From contig CAWFQK010000001.1 in assembly GCA_963817955.1 (NCBI GenBank), positions 320,001 through 384,000 of the forward strand: DNA of 64,000 bases. The letters are read 5' to 3'. The notes below the pieces were generated by a model. That model was given only the letters and a program-made list of their open reading frames with translations, was not told where the DNA came from and searched no databases. Below are positions 1 through 10,434 of this stretch, one piece after another. Position numbers and translations under genes: made by a program. The stretch is from an uncultured Gemmatimonadaceae bacterium (GTDB lineage Bacteria > Gemmatimonadota > Gemmatimonadetes > Gemmatimonadales > Gemmatimonadaceae). Every line of letters starts with the position of its first letter. Positions within the stretch are counted from its first letter, which is position 1.

Positions 1-33
1 GACCGGCGGGGAGACTCGTGTTCGACGCGTGGT

Positions 34-1172
34 TCAGCGCGCCGGTTTCGGCGCAGCGTCCGGCGGATCGAACTGCAGACCAGGTCCATCGGCGAACCCG
101 CGTCCCAGATCGAGCAGCAGTCCGCGGGCGTCGGGGGTTACCCGTCGCGCCGCCACCATGTGGTCTACAAACCATTCGCCACGCTGCGTCGACAGATCGT
201 CGTAGCGCACGCCACCGCCGCTCGAGCTCGAGTGGATGATACGATTACGCCCCGCATAGATCGCGACATGCCCAATACGGCCATTCTCCTCGAACATCAC
301 GAGGTCGCCGGCCGAAACGGCGCGCCAGTCAGGTGACAGCGCCATCCCAACTTGTGCCTGCTCCTGCGAGGTACGTGGAAGCTGCACGCCTTGCCTGGCG
401 AAGACATACTGCACGAAACCCGAACAGTCGAATCCCGAGTTGGGCGACGTACCGCCAAACCGATACGGCACGCCGAGGTACTCTTCTGCCGTACCGATCA
501 CCCGCGCCGAACCGGCGGAGGTGGTGGGACGGCCGGTGGAGGGAAGACTCGACGGCATTGCACTGACGCGGCTGCTGCGCGCGCGTGAATCAGCGGCGTG
601 CGCTCGGCCAGGTGAGCCAACATGGAACGAAACGCCGACGCGGAACTCAGTCGTCGGTGATGGCGCGGACGCCGCCGTCGGCAACAGGTACTGCGACATC
701 CGCCAGCGCGACTCGCCGAAGAGATCCACCGCGCTGCCGAGTGGGATCGTGGTGCCGAGGCCGTAGCTCCAATTGTTGCTGATGGTAGTCGAGCCACTGT
801 TGTCCCCCCCGCCGTGCCGATGCCGGCGAAAACGTAGGGCGCAAAGGTGCGAGACCTCTTCGTCGCACCTCTCCCGATGAAGAGCATGACGTCGGCGTCC
901 GCTCCCCAAGGGCGATAGGTGCCGGTTGCACCAAATCCGTAGCTGTTCGCATTCTCCATGGCCATGTGGCCGCTCGCTCGCAGGCCGAACCCGCCATTCC
1001 CGGCAAGTGTGAGCGCGAGGCCGGCCAACGGGCTGACCCCGGCGCTCGGCAAAAACGAGACGAACGGACTCACGAACAGATCGGATTGCTGCGCACCTGC
1101 CGGCGAGATCGGTGCGAACGTGGCGGCGCAGAGGACGGCGACCACGGTGGAGGTGGGGATTGGACGGAACAC
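34..1172 (-). pseudogene. Outer-membrane beta-barrel-like domain fused to NlpC/P60 (C40) endopeptidase, frameshifted at a G7 tract (804-810)
   Basis: The signal peptide and barrel-like strands lie in the 498..1202 frame (likely GTG start at 1172). The last barrel strands and NlpC/P60 motifs (YLGVPYRFGG, GFDCSG, GHVAIY, IIHSS) lie in the 34..1188 frame. One extra G joins the frames; could be a sequencing error. Confidence 0.75.
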
Positions 1173-1205
1173 TGGAACTCCGGAACATGTGTGTTCGGCC
1201 ACCTA

Positions 1206-1221
1206 TGCACGACCGCTGCCA
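1206..1221 (-). promoter_or_regulatory. sigma54-like -24/-12 promoter
   Basis: Minus-strand TGGCAGCGGTCGTGCA (GG-N10-GC) about 35 nt upstream of the NlpC/P60 gene. Confidence 0.5.
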
Positions 1222-1376
1222 TTGCCTGGAATCATCTTAAGACATTGCGACTGAACGATTTGGGAGACTGACACTGGCTGGTTCCAAGCCACCGGCGTCC
1301 TGGTAGCGGGACACTACGTGTCACAACCAGAGAACAGCGGAACGCGCGCCGCTTCACCCGTGTCGCTGTGTTGGCG

Positions 1377-2741
1377 TCAGCCCGCGTATACGTGGATGCT
1401 GATCGGCAACGGGACGTCCACGCACTCCTCGACACTGAGCCGGACACGCCGCACTGTCGCGGGCGCAAACCGGTCGAGCTTGCGAAAGCCGATCGTCGTT
1501 CCTGATGACAACGTTCGCCATCCGTCCAGTGTCTCTCCCTCGAGACGATAACGAGCGACGCGTTGACCGGTGGCGATGTCTTCACGCAAGTCGGCAATGG
1601 CGATGGAGACGAACGACCCCATGTCGACCTGTCCGACCTCCGTCCCCGCGCCGGTCGGCTGCCAGGAGAACGGCTGCCCGCCTGCAACCTCGGCCGCCAG
1701 CATAGCGCGGAGTCGACCGTTCATGCCGGCAAGCCGCGCCACGTCGACGTCGTGCAACAATCCATTGCGCGTCGGCGGCACGTTGAGCAACAACTTCGAA
1801 TTGCGGCCGACCGACGTGAAGAACAGACTCACCAGGTCGTCCACGCTGCGCACACGCGCATCCTCGGCTGCGTGATGGAACCATCCTGGCCGTATCGACA
1901 CATCCGTCTCACCCGGCCGCCATGCGGTTCCGCTCGGATCACCCTGCTGGAGCATCTGCATGACGCGATCTCCCGTCGCACCGGGAAACGGCACCACTGA
2001 CGGATCCACGGTCGACCAGTTCGTCTCACCAGCGGCACCGCGCTCGTTACCAATCCAGCGAACGTCGGGGCCGGCGTCGGAGAAGATCACAGCATCTGGC
2101 TGCAGCCGGCGGACCGTAGCCCAGATTCGCGGCCAATCGTAGACCTGCCGCCGGCCATTCGGCCCTTCGCCATTCGCCCCATCGAACCAGACTTCCGCGA
2201 TCGGTCCATAGCGCGTCAGCAGCTCTGTAAGTTGATCGCAGTAGAAATCATTGTAGCGCGGTGAATCGCCGTACACGGCCGCATTCCGATCCCAGGGCGA
2301 CAGGTACAAACCAGCTTTCAACGATTCGGCGCGGCAAGCGTCGACGAACTCGCGAACGACGTCGCCCTGCCCGTCGCGGAACGGACTCCTTGCGACGGAA
2401 TGCGCGGTGGTCGCCGTGGGCCACAGGCAGAATCCGTCGTGATGTTTGGCGGTGAGGATCATCGCCCGGAATCCCGCCGCCCGCGCGGCACGCGCCCATT
2501 GTCTGGCATCGAGCGCTGTCGGCGCGAAGATCGCCGGGTCTTCCCGCCCGTCGCCCCATTCGCGATCGGTGAACGTGTTGACGCCGAAATGGAGGAACAG
2601 CGCGCGCTCATCGCGCTGCCACTCGAGCTGCGCGGCGGACGGCGCCGGTCGCTGGCGACGGCTGCCTCGAACATTCTCCCCCCGTAGCGAGCCGGCGAGA
2701 ACGACCGCTGCGCCGCTCGCGAGAAACTCTCGGCGATTCAT
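1377..2741 (-). CDS. Alpha-L-fucosidase (GH29) with Tat signal and C-terminal F5/8-like domain
   Basis: MNRREFL Tat motif; FLHFG, TAKHHDGFCLW, EVWFDG and GETDVSIRPGWF motifs. Confidence 0.92.
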   Translation of the reverse strand: MNRREFLASGAAVVLAGSLRGENVRGSRRQRPAPSAAQLEWQRDERALFLHFGVNTFTDREWGDGREDPAIFAPTALDARQWARAARAAGFRAMILTAKHHDGFCLWPTATTAHSVARSPFRDGQGDVVREFVDACRAESLKAGLYLSPWDRNAAVYGDSPRYNDFYCDQLTELLTRYGPIAEVWFDGANGEGPNGRRQVYDWPRIWATVRRLQPDAVIFSDAGPDVRWIGNERGAAGETNWSTVDPSVVPFPGATGDRVMQMLQQGDPSGTAWRPGETDVSIRPGWFHHAAEDARVRSVDDLVSLFFTSVGRNSKLLLNVPPTRNGLLHDVDVARLAGMNGRLRAMLAAEVAGGQPFSWQPTGAGTEVGQVDMGSFVSIAIADLREDIATGQRVARYRLEGETLDGWRTLSSGTTIGFRKLDRFAPATVRRVRLSVEECVDVPLPISIHVYAG

Positions 2742-5398
2742 CGAACGACGAGCGTGCCGCGCAACCGAATGTCCTTCGACGACGCGCCAACCATCACGCG
2801 GAACGCGCCCGGCTCCACGACCCAGTGTGAATCGCGATCGAGCATCTGCAGCTCGTCGCGCGACAAGGTGAACGACACGTCGCGCTCCTCACCGGCCGCG
2901 AGGTGCACGCGCCGGAAGCCTTCGAGCTGCGTGACGGGCCGAGCGACGCTCGCCAGGTCGTCGTGGACGTACAATTGGACGACTTCGTCGCCCGCCCGCC
3001 CACTGGTGTTCCGGACCCGGCAGCGTATGACCGCCGAGCCATTCGTCGCAATCGTGTCCGGCTCGATGCCGAGATGAGAATATTCGAATGACGAGTAACT
3101 CAGACCAAACCCGAACGGGAATGACGGCTGTCCCGTCAAGTCCAGATAATCGTCGCCACGGCCCGTCGGCTTGTGGTTGTAGATGAGCGGGAGCTGGCCC
3201 TCGGATACGGGGAAGGTGATCGGCAACCGCCCGGCGGGATTGGCATCGCCAAACAGGATGTCGGCCACGGCACGTCCCCCCTGTTCGCCGGGATACCAGG
3301 CGTCGATCACCGCGGCCGTCCGATCGATCCAACGGCTCATCGCAATCGCGCTCCCGCCCACGACGACGACGACCACAGGCGTTCCAGTCGACGCCACGCG
3401 TTCGATCAACTCCTCCTGATGCCCGGGCAATCCGAGGAACGCGCGATCGCGGAACTCCCCTTCTTCGATTCCAGCGACGACGATCGCGACATCGCTGGCT
3501 TTCGCCAGCCGCACGGCCGAATCGATCTGCGCACGCCAGACATTCGGCACGCCGGCGTCCCACACCAGCTTCACCCGTGCGTTGCCGGTGCTCTCGAAAT
3601 ATTCCAGCCGGATGTCGTGCGTCGATCCCGGAGGAAAGTGCACGTCGGTCCACCGCGTGCCGAACGACTGCTTGTGCCAGTCGTCGATCACCAGCGTGCC
3701 GTCGAGATACAGACGATACCCGTCGTTTCCCTGTACGCCAATGCGATGCACGCCGCTCGGCGGAACCCGCACGCGGCCCGTCCAACGGACGGAATACCAG
3801 TCGAACGGAATGCCGCGCGCCGGCGAGTTGAGCGTCCACCCAAAATTGACGGACTCGTCCAGGCGCACCACGCGCGGCTGCCCGTCCAGGCGATTGTTAT
3901 CGAAGTACTCGCCGCGCAGTCCATGCACCTCACGCCCGTCCCGTGCGCTGACCAGATTCTCTGACGGTATTGCTACCGACTCGAGCGTGATACGACCCGG
4001 CCCGCTCACGAAGCGCACTCGCGCCGACCCGACCTTTTCTCGGATGCCGTCGAGGAGAGAGATCTTCTGGATGCCCGGGCCGCTATAGCCACCCAGTCGC
4101 GCCTCCGACGCATCCGCTCCAATCACCGCGATCGACTTCAGCGTCTTGTTCAGGGGCAGCGCCTGGTGCTCGTTCCGGAGCAGGACGATCGATTCCTGCG
4201 CCGCCTCGCGCGCCAACGCCAGATGCGCAGGGTTCCCATTCCAGTACGCCGCGCTGTCCGGACTCACGTACGGCGTCTCGAACAACCCGAGCTCGAATTT
4301 CGCGCGCAGCACGCGCGCCACCGCGGTATCGATTACGGCCACGTCGATGGTGCCGCGACGAAACGCATCCAGATACGGCCGGTATTGCGGGTACGAAGAC
4401 TGAAAGATCACATCGAGGCCGGCGTTCAATGCGTCCGCGGTCGCCGTGGCCGTACTCTGCTCGGTGTGGTGCAGCACCTTCGCTCCGCCCACCGCTGCCT
4501 GATCGGAAATTACGAATCCTTTGAAGCCCCACTCGTCGCGCAATTTGCCGGTCAACAGTGCGCGGTTCTGTGAGGCAGGGGATCCGTCGACCGCGTTGTA
4601 CGAGCTCATGATGGAGCCGGCGTTCGCCTGCATCACGGCCGCTTTGAATGGCGGAAAGAACTCCTCGTCGAGCAGGCGCGCGCTGAGATCGATCGGATAG
4701 CTGTCCCGACCACCGTCGCCGACGTTCGCGATGAAGTGTTTGGGCGTCGCGATGATTCCGTTGCGTTGCATGGTGCCGACGAACGTCAGCGCCAATTGCG
4801 AGGAGAGATACGGATCTTCGCCATACGTCTCCTCCACGCGTCCCCAGCGTACGTCATTCGCAACGTTGATCACGGGCGACAGCACCTGGCGAATGCCCCG
4901 GCTGCCGGTTTCGCGTGCAATGGCCGTCGCGACCCGGCCCGTCAACGCAGTGTCCCACGTCGCGGCGAGCGCGATTGCTTGCGGAAACACCGTTGCCCCA
5001 TCGCGTCCGAGACCGTGTACCGCCTCTTCGAACGGAATGATCGGAACGCCGAGCCGCGTTCGCTCTACGAAATACCGTTGGATGGCGTTGATGCGCTCGG
5101 CGTGCAGGCGTGCCGCGTCGTGCGGCGGCGGCGGCGGCGTCCCCGCCGCGTGCGTCGAGATCTGCAACCCGAACACGCCGTGCGAGTAATCCTCGGTCGA
5201 GTCGTCGAGGCTGCCGGGAATCATGAACAACTGCCAGAACTTCTCCTCGAGCGTCATGCGGCCGAGGAGGTCGTGTACTCGCGCGTCGACGGACAGGTGC
5301 GGATCGTGATATGGTGCACGATCCGACGCCTGTGCCGACACCCGTCCCGCCGCCAACCACATGAAGCCAAAGCACAACAGCAGGCGGCGGGACGACAT
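2738..5398 (-). CDS. GH3 beta-glucosidase/xylosidase with PA14 insert and Fn3-like C-terminus
   Basis: EEAVHG, RWGRVEETYGEDP, KHF and GFVISD motifs; signal peptide; 4-bp overlap with GH29. Confidence 0.93.
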   Translation of the reverse strand: MSSRRLLLCFGFMWLAAGRVSAQASDRAPYHDPHLSVDARVHDLLGRMTLEEKFWQLFMIPGSLDDSTEDYSHGVFGLQISTHAAGTPPPPPHDAARLHAERINAIQRYFVERTRLGVPIIPFEEAVHGLGRDGATVFPQAIALAATWDTALTGRVATAIARETGSRGIRQVLSPVINVANDVRWGRVEETYGEDPYLSSQLALTFVGTMQRNGIIATPKHFIANVGDGGRDSYPIDLSARLLDEEFFPPFKAAVMQANAGSIMSSYNAVDGSPASQNRALLTGKLRDEWGFKGFVISDQAAVGGAKVLHHTEQSTATATADALNAGLDVIFQSSYPQYRPYLDAFRRGTIDVAVIDTAVARVLRAKFELGLFETPYVSPDSAAYWNGNPAHLALAREAAQESIVLLRNEHQALPLNKTLKSIAVIGADASEARLGGYSGPGIQKISLLDGIREKVGSARVRFVSGPGRITLESVAIPSENLVSARDGREVHGLRGEYFDNNRLDGQPRVVRLDESVNFGWTLNSPARGIPFDWYSVRWTGRVRVPPSGVHRIGVQGNDGYRLYLDGTLVIDDWHKQSFGTRWTDVHFPPGSTHDIRLEYFESTGNARVKLVWDAGVPNVWRAQIDSAVRLAKASDVAIVVAGIEEGEFRDRAFLGLPGHQEELIERVASTGTPVVVVVVGGSAIAMSRWIDRTAAVIDAWYPGEQGGRAVADILFGDANPAGRLPITFPVSEGQLPLIYNHKPTGRGDDYLDLTGQPSFPFGFGLSYSSFEYSHLGIEPDTIATNGSAVIRCRVRNTSGRAGDEVVQLYVHDDLASVARPVTQLEGFRRVHLAAGEERDVSFTLSRDELQMLDRDSHWVVEPGAFRVMVGASSKDIRLRGTLVVR

Positions 5399-5405
5399 GA
5401 TTGTC

Positions 5406-8400
5406 CTACCTCACGGTTGGCGGGACGGTGAGCGTCACGTCGTACGTCTTGAGCGCCTGACTCATGGCCGCGGCGCGAGTCAGCAGTGCGTTCGCGTCGG
5501 CGATCGCCTTGGGAAGCGCCACCTTCACGTCGTTGTACTGACGGACCGAGGACGCACTCGGCGCCTCCCAGACAGCCATGAGCTGCGTCTTGAGCGACGT
5601 CGTGCGCGCCAGAACATTCTCCGGATCGGGCGCTGCGCCACGACCGCCACCGCCGCCGCGGCCACCGGCGCCAAGGTTGAGCGGAACACCGAATTTCTTG
5701 CGAACCACATCCATGCTCTTCGTGAGAGCGGCAAACTGGGACGTCACGTTCGCCGGTACGGCGGTGTTGCCGGCGAGCTTCTTGGACACATCGGCGAATT
5801 GGGCGTGGAGCGTGTTGAGTGCGCTCGCCGCTGCGACGCCGCGCCGCTGCAAGGCGTGCAGATCGCTGACGATAGCGGTGTAGCGGTCGTGCGCACCCGG
5901 CGCAAAGTGCACGGCGGGGTCGAACGACAGCTTTAGCGCTTTAGAATCGAGTACCTTTCCGCCGCTCGTGAGTGCCACGGTATACGTGCCGGGCATGACG
6001 GACGGGCCAGGACCGCCCAGTCCACCGCCGCCAAAGCCGCCGCCCCCCTGCCCGCGTCCTGCGGAGCTGTCGGACGCCACGACGCAGGGATTCGCGGCGT
6101 TGTAGGCTGCAGGCACCGGCTGCGGGACGCCCGGTGCTGCTGGGGTGCCACCGCGGCCACCGCGACCACCGACGCCGCCACGAGCTCCGCGGCTGGCCGC
6201 CGCCGAATCCGCTGGCGCGGTGATCGGCTCTATGCGGAGATCCCAGCAGGCGCTCTGAATGCCCGGCTGCGCCTTGGCGGCAGGGATCGCGATGATGCGA
6301 ATCGTCTTGCCCGCAGCGTCGCTCACGCGTAGCCCGAGATCCGCCACCGGTTTCTTCACGATGTACTGGATCACCGCCTCGCTCGACGGATTCTCACCAA
6401 CGAAGTACTGGTGACCCCAGAATTCCTCGTTGCGATCGTCCTTCGTCCTCCACTCCAGTGCGGAGCCCACTGAGAACAGCTTGACGTCCGCGTTCGCCGT
6501 CTGCGTGGCGGCGTACTCCTGAATCGGTTCGAGATGGTCGAGAACCCACAATGCGCGGCCATGCGTGGCCACGAGCATGGCGTTATCGCGCGGATGGAGC
6601 GTGATCTCGTCGACCCGTACGTCCGGGAGGTTGGCCTTGAGCTTCTGCCAGCTCGTGCCGCGATCGAGCGACAGCAAGATCCCCGTCTCCGTGCCGATGT
6701 ACAACACGTCGCGGTTCCGCTGATCTTCCGTGAGCGTGCGCACGTTCTCGCTGGCCAGATTGTTCACGATCGAATGGAATGTCTGGCCGAAGTCTGTGCT
6801 CACCCACATGTACGGGGCGTAGTCGTTCTGGCGGTGATTGTCCACGGTGACGTAGACCGTACCGGCGTCGTAGCGCGACGGCACGACCTCGCTGACGAAC
6901 GCGCCGGCCGGAAAGCCTGGAATGTCGTGCGTGATATTCCGCCAATTCTTGCCATTGTCGCGTGACACGAACACCAGACCGTCTTCGCTCCCGGTGTAGA
7001 ACACTCCGGGCTGTTTCGGCGACTCGGCGAGCGATACGATCGTTGGCCATTGTGAAACGCCGTCATCGCGTGACAGGCGGATATCCGCGTCCTTGGCGCC
7101 CATCGTGACGACGGTATCGCGGCTGGCGTTGGTCGTGAGGTCGGGGCTGATCGTCGTCCACGAGTCGCCGCGGTCATGCGACACGAACACCCGGTTCGCC
7201 GCCACGATCAGCATGCCGGGGTCGTTCGGCGAGATGATCATTGGAGTGTCCCAATGCCACCGGAACGTCTCGCCCGCCTTTGGCGCCGGCGACACATTCA
7301 GCGCCATCGGGCGAATGCTCTTCGATTCGCCCGTCACCTTGTTGCGGCGAATCATGCTGCCATCCTGGATCTCGCTGTAGATCCAGCGCGAGTCCCGACG
7401 ATCAGGAATAGCGACAAACCCGTCGCCGCCCTGAATCTGGAACCAGTCGTGGTTCAGGATGCCGGTGGTCTGTCTCACCTGGCTCGGTCCACACCACGCG
7501 TAATTGTCCTGCATCCCGCCGCAGATATTGTACGGCGTCTCCATGTCGTAACTGACGTGATAGAACAATCCAACAGGCAGGTTGCCGTAGAAATTCCATG
7601 TCTTTGCGCCGTCATACGACGTACTCAGGCCGCCGTCGTCGCCGATCAACATGTGATCGGAGTTGTTCGGATCTATCCAGATCGCGTGGACATCGTCGTG
7701 CGCGGCCAACGATGCCTGCCCCTCGGTGGTTTTCCCCCCATCGATCGTCAGTGACATCTTCACGCCACCCTGGAATACGCGATCTGCGTTGTTCGGGTCG
7801 ATGCGCACCTGACTGAAGTAGAGCGGACGCGGATTGGTCGTGCTCACGCGCTTCCACGTCGCGCCAGCATCATCCGACCGATACAGCCCGCTCTCGCCGG
7901 CCGCGGCGCCGGCGCCGCCCCGGCCACCACCACCCGCACGACCGCCACCCGGCGGCAGCGTATCGGCTGCCTCGCCGGGCACCGGCGCACCGCGCCCAGC
8001 GGGCGTCGGTGCCTCGATCGACGCGTATACGATGTTACCGTTTCTCCGATACGTATCGAGCCCGATGCGGCCGAGCGAGCCAGCGGGAATCCCGTTCGAG
8101 AGTCGCGTCCAGGTGTCGCCAGCATCGGTGGATTTCCAGATGCCGCTTCCGGGACCGCCGCCGTTCACGCAGCAGCCAGTGCGCCGACGCTGATAGGTCG
8201 ACGCATAGAGAGTTCTCGGATCGGTTGACGACACAATGAGATCGTTCGCGCCGGTTTCCTCATCGACGTACAGCACACGCTTCCACGTCTTTCCGCCGTC
8301 GATGGTCTTGTATACGCCGCGCTCGCCGCCCGGGCCGAACAGCGGGCCGGTGGCGGCAACGAGGACCACGTCGTTGTTGGTGGGATCGATGACGATCCGA

Positions 8401-8849
8401 TTGATGTGCTTGGAGTCGCGCAGACCAACGTTCTGGAAAGTCTTGCCGCCGTCCATCGACTTCCATACACCATCGCCCCATGACGTGCTCTGGCGGTTGT
8501 TCGACTCGCCTGTCCCGACCCACACCACGTCGGGGTTAGACTGCGACATCGTGACGTCGCCGATCGACATCAGACCGTGGTCTTCAAAGATCGGCGTAAA
8601 CGTTGCGCCATTGCTCGTCGTCTTCCATACGCCACCATGGGCGGCTCCGACGAAGAATATCGCGGGGTTCTTCTCATACACGGCGAGATCGGCGATGCGG
8701 CCAGACATGATCGCCGGGCCAATCGAACGGAAGTGTAGTTTGTCGAATTGATGCGCTACCGGTGTCGGGCCCTGCGCGGCAAGGAACCGGCACGCGACGA
8801 GCAGAGTGGTGGCGACAGAGGGCGCGAGGCGACGAAGGTGGCTGGGCAC
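5406..8849 (-). CDS. Secreted VPS10/sortilin-like BNR-repeat beta-propeller protein
   Basis: RSIGPA.MSGR start; many S.DGG.TW Asp-box repeats; GG.QDN motif; GGRGG linkers. Confidence 0.85.
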   Translation of the reverse strand: MPSHLRRLAPSVATTLLVACRFLAAQGPTPVAHQFDKLHFRSIGPAIMSGRIADLAVYEKNPAIFFVGAAHGGVWKTTSNGATFTPIFEDHGLMSIGDVTMSQSNPDVVWVGTGESNNRQSTSWGDGVWKSMDGGKTFQNVGLRDSKHINRIVIDPTNNDVVLVAATGPLFGPGGERGVYKTIDGGKTWKRVLYVDEETGANDLIVSSTDPRTLYASTYQRRRTGCCVNGGGPGSGIWKSTDAGDTWTRLSNGIPAGSLGRIGLDTYRRNGNIVYASIEAPTPAGRGAPVPGEAADTLPPGGGRAGGGGRGGAGAAAGESGLYRSDDAGATWKRVSTTNPRPLYFSQVRIDPNNADRVFQGGVKMSLTIDGGKTTEGQASLAAHDDVHAIWIDPNNSDHMLIGDDGGLSTSYDGAKTWNFYGNLPVGLFYHVSYDMETPYNICGGMQDNYAWCGPSQVRQTTGILNHDWFQIQGGDGFVAIPDRRDSRWIYSEIQDGSMIRRNKVTGESKSIRPMALNVSPAPKAGETFRWHWDTPMIISPNDPGMLIVAANRVFVSHDRGDSWTTISPDLTTNASRDTVVTMGAKDADIRLSRDDGVSQWPTIVSLAESPKQPGVFYTGSEDGLVFVSRDNGKNWRNITHDIPGFPAGAFVSEVVPSRYDAGTVYVTVDNHRQNDYAPYMWVSTDFGQTFHSIVNNLASENVRTLTEDQRNRDVLYIGTETGILLSLDRGTSWQKLKANLPDVRVDEITLHPRDNAMLVATHGRALWVLDHLEPIQEYAATQTANADVKLFSVGSALEWRTKDDRNEEFWGHQYFVGENPSSEAVIQYIVKKPVADLGLRVSDAAGKTIRIIAIPAAKAQPGIQSACWDLRIEPITAPADSAAASRGARGGVGGRGGRGGTPAAPGVPQPVPAAYNAANPCVVASDSSAGRGQGGGGFGGGGLGGPGPSVMPGTYTVALTSGGKVLDSKALKLSFDPAVHFAPGAHDRYTAIVSDLHALQRRGVAAASALNTLHAQFADVSKKLAGNTAVPANVTSQFAALTKSMDVVRKKFGVPLNLGAGGRGGGGGRGAAPDPENVLARTTSLKTQLMAVWEAPSASSVRQYNDVKVALPKAIADANALLTRAAAMSQALKTYDVTLTVPPTVR

Positions 8850-9001
8850 GAGGCCTCCAGACGAGCGGCGCGGTGGGATGACGGGAAGGATCTGCGAAAC
8901 GCAGATGGTCGGCCGCAGAAGCTAACCCGCGGACAAGCGGTCGGCGAGGCAGGCCGGCAAACATGAACGCGCGACCACCAGGCTGGTCAAGAGACGCATA
9001 T

Positions 9002-9562
9002 ATGACGCACTCGCTGAGCGAAGCCGTCCGCAATCTGCTGGCACTCTCACTTCTCACCGCGGCATGTTCACGCGACGCGACGCGTGAGTCCGCGCGCACC
9101 GACACGGCCGTCGTGCCCGCCGAAACACACGCCGCGACGGTTGCCGGCCAACCCGACCCATATGTCGGCATCCACTACGATCCGCTTCCACCGGGTACGA
9201 CGTACGAAGGCGGCGCCATTCTCACCGGTCCGGACGGCAGACCAATCAGCTTTGCCCTCACGCACGTCCTGACGCCGCGTGGAAACTATTTCTGGCTCGA
9301 CAGCCTGCTTCCGGACGATGGCGCGCACCGCTCGCGGATCGTGCGCGCCGCGCTGCGCGTGCCTTCCCTGGCGCGAGACGAGCAGATGTTCGTCGGCTCA
9401 TGTGACGTGAACGGCAAGCTCGATCCAGCGGTGGTGGCTATAGCCGTCACCGAGCGCGCCGTCACCCGTTATGCCAAGATCCGTCAGGCATGGCGGGCCT
9501 ATCCGAGGTCGGCGACGTTCGAGGTTATTCCTGTGGCCGGTATCGTGTGCGAGGAACCGTAG
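9002..9562 (+). CDS. Hypothetical lipoprotein
   Basis: Lipobox LTAAC; coherent globular sequence. Confidence 0.7.
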   Translation: MTHSLSEAVRNLLALSLLTAACSRDATRESARTDTAVVPAETHAATVAGQPDPYVGIHYDPLPPGTTYEGGAILTGPDGRPISFALTHVLTPRGNYFWLDSLLPDDGAHRSRIVRAALRVPSLARDEQMFVGSCDVNGKLDPAVVAIAVTERAVTRYAKIRQAWRAYPRSATFEVIPVAGIVCEEP

Positions 9563-9661
9563 TTGGGACACGGGACACGAGGAGACGGGGAAACTCACTA
9601 CGCACCACTCATAACTGGAAACTCGAACCTCGCCGACCGGTGGGCCGACCGCTACGGAGCC

Positions 9662-9762
9662 GCCAGCGACATCCCGCCAGAATAGAGCCCGGAGGCCAAT
9701 CCCCGCCTCGCGATCGGTAGCCAGCGACATCCAGCCGGTCAAAGTCCGGAGGCCAATCCACT
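9662..9762 (+). repeat. Two direct units, 58-bp period
   Basis: GCCAGCGACATCC..CCGGAGGCCAATCC starting at 9662 and 9720; degenerate inverted copy at about 10513-10552. Confidence 0.8.
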
Positions 9763-10077
9763 ATCACCGGCCGGCGAGAGCGGCTTGCGAGCCACGGCCC
9801 CCGCGCGACCACGCTGCACAATTCTATTTCGGTCTGAACGTGGCGCGCGACTCAATGTCACCGAACCTTCGCGAAGGTCATTAGGGCTGCCGGATCAATT
9901 CCTTCCCTTTCGCTCGGAATTGTCGCATCACGATGCAGTCTGGCGAGGTGGACGTCTCGGAATGTGGGCGATTGGTAAGCGGAATGAAGCCACCGCGCCC
10001 CGATCCTGGCCCGCCGCGGGCTGCCGTTACTCGGCCGCGGCCAAGAGTAACGCTGCCGCGCGCGGTTCCCGAACGTG

Positions 10078-10200
10078 CCGCGCTATCGATCCGCCATACC
10101 GCGCTATCGATCCGCCATACCGCGCTATCGATCCGCCATACCGCGCTATCGATCTGCGTGCCGCGTTATCGATCCGCGTGCCGCGCTATCGATCCGCATG
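10078..10200 (+). repeat. Tandem repeat, 3x21 bp plus 3x20 bp
   Basis: CCGCGCTATCGATCCGCCATA three times, then three CCGCG(C/T)TATCGATC(C/T)GC(G/A)TG units; ATCGAT core in all six. Confidence 0.95.
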
Positions 10201-10384
10201 GCGCGCGCTGGCCGCAGAACTCCGCAAAATGAAGTCGGCGTACCGCGCGAGCCGCGACACCGTGCCATTCCAAGTCGGCGGGTAGGCGCGTGGACAACCG
10301 GTGTTGCCGCGCGCGCCGGTCGGATGCCGCCGACTTTTGAGCCGTGCCGCGCGTGGCCCCGCACGCACAAACGCTTTCCGCCGG

Positions 10385-10434
10385 CGCGGCGCGCCGGATG
10401 CGACTACGCCGCGAGTTGCATCCGGCGCGCCGCG
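10385..10434. repeat. 21-bp-stem REP-like palindrome
   Basis: CGCGGCGCGCCGGATGCGACT-N8-AGTTGCATCCGGCGCGCCGCG, one G-U pair. Confidence 0.85.

Noticed and set aside
9662..10200. Possible CRISPR array
   Set aside because: The 20/21-bp units are contiguous without unique spacers, the 58-bp unit has only two direct copies, and no cas genes are present
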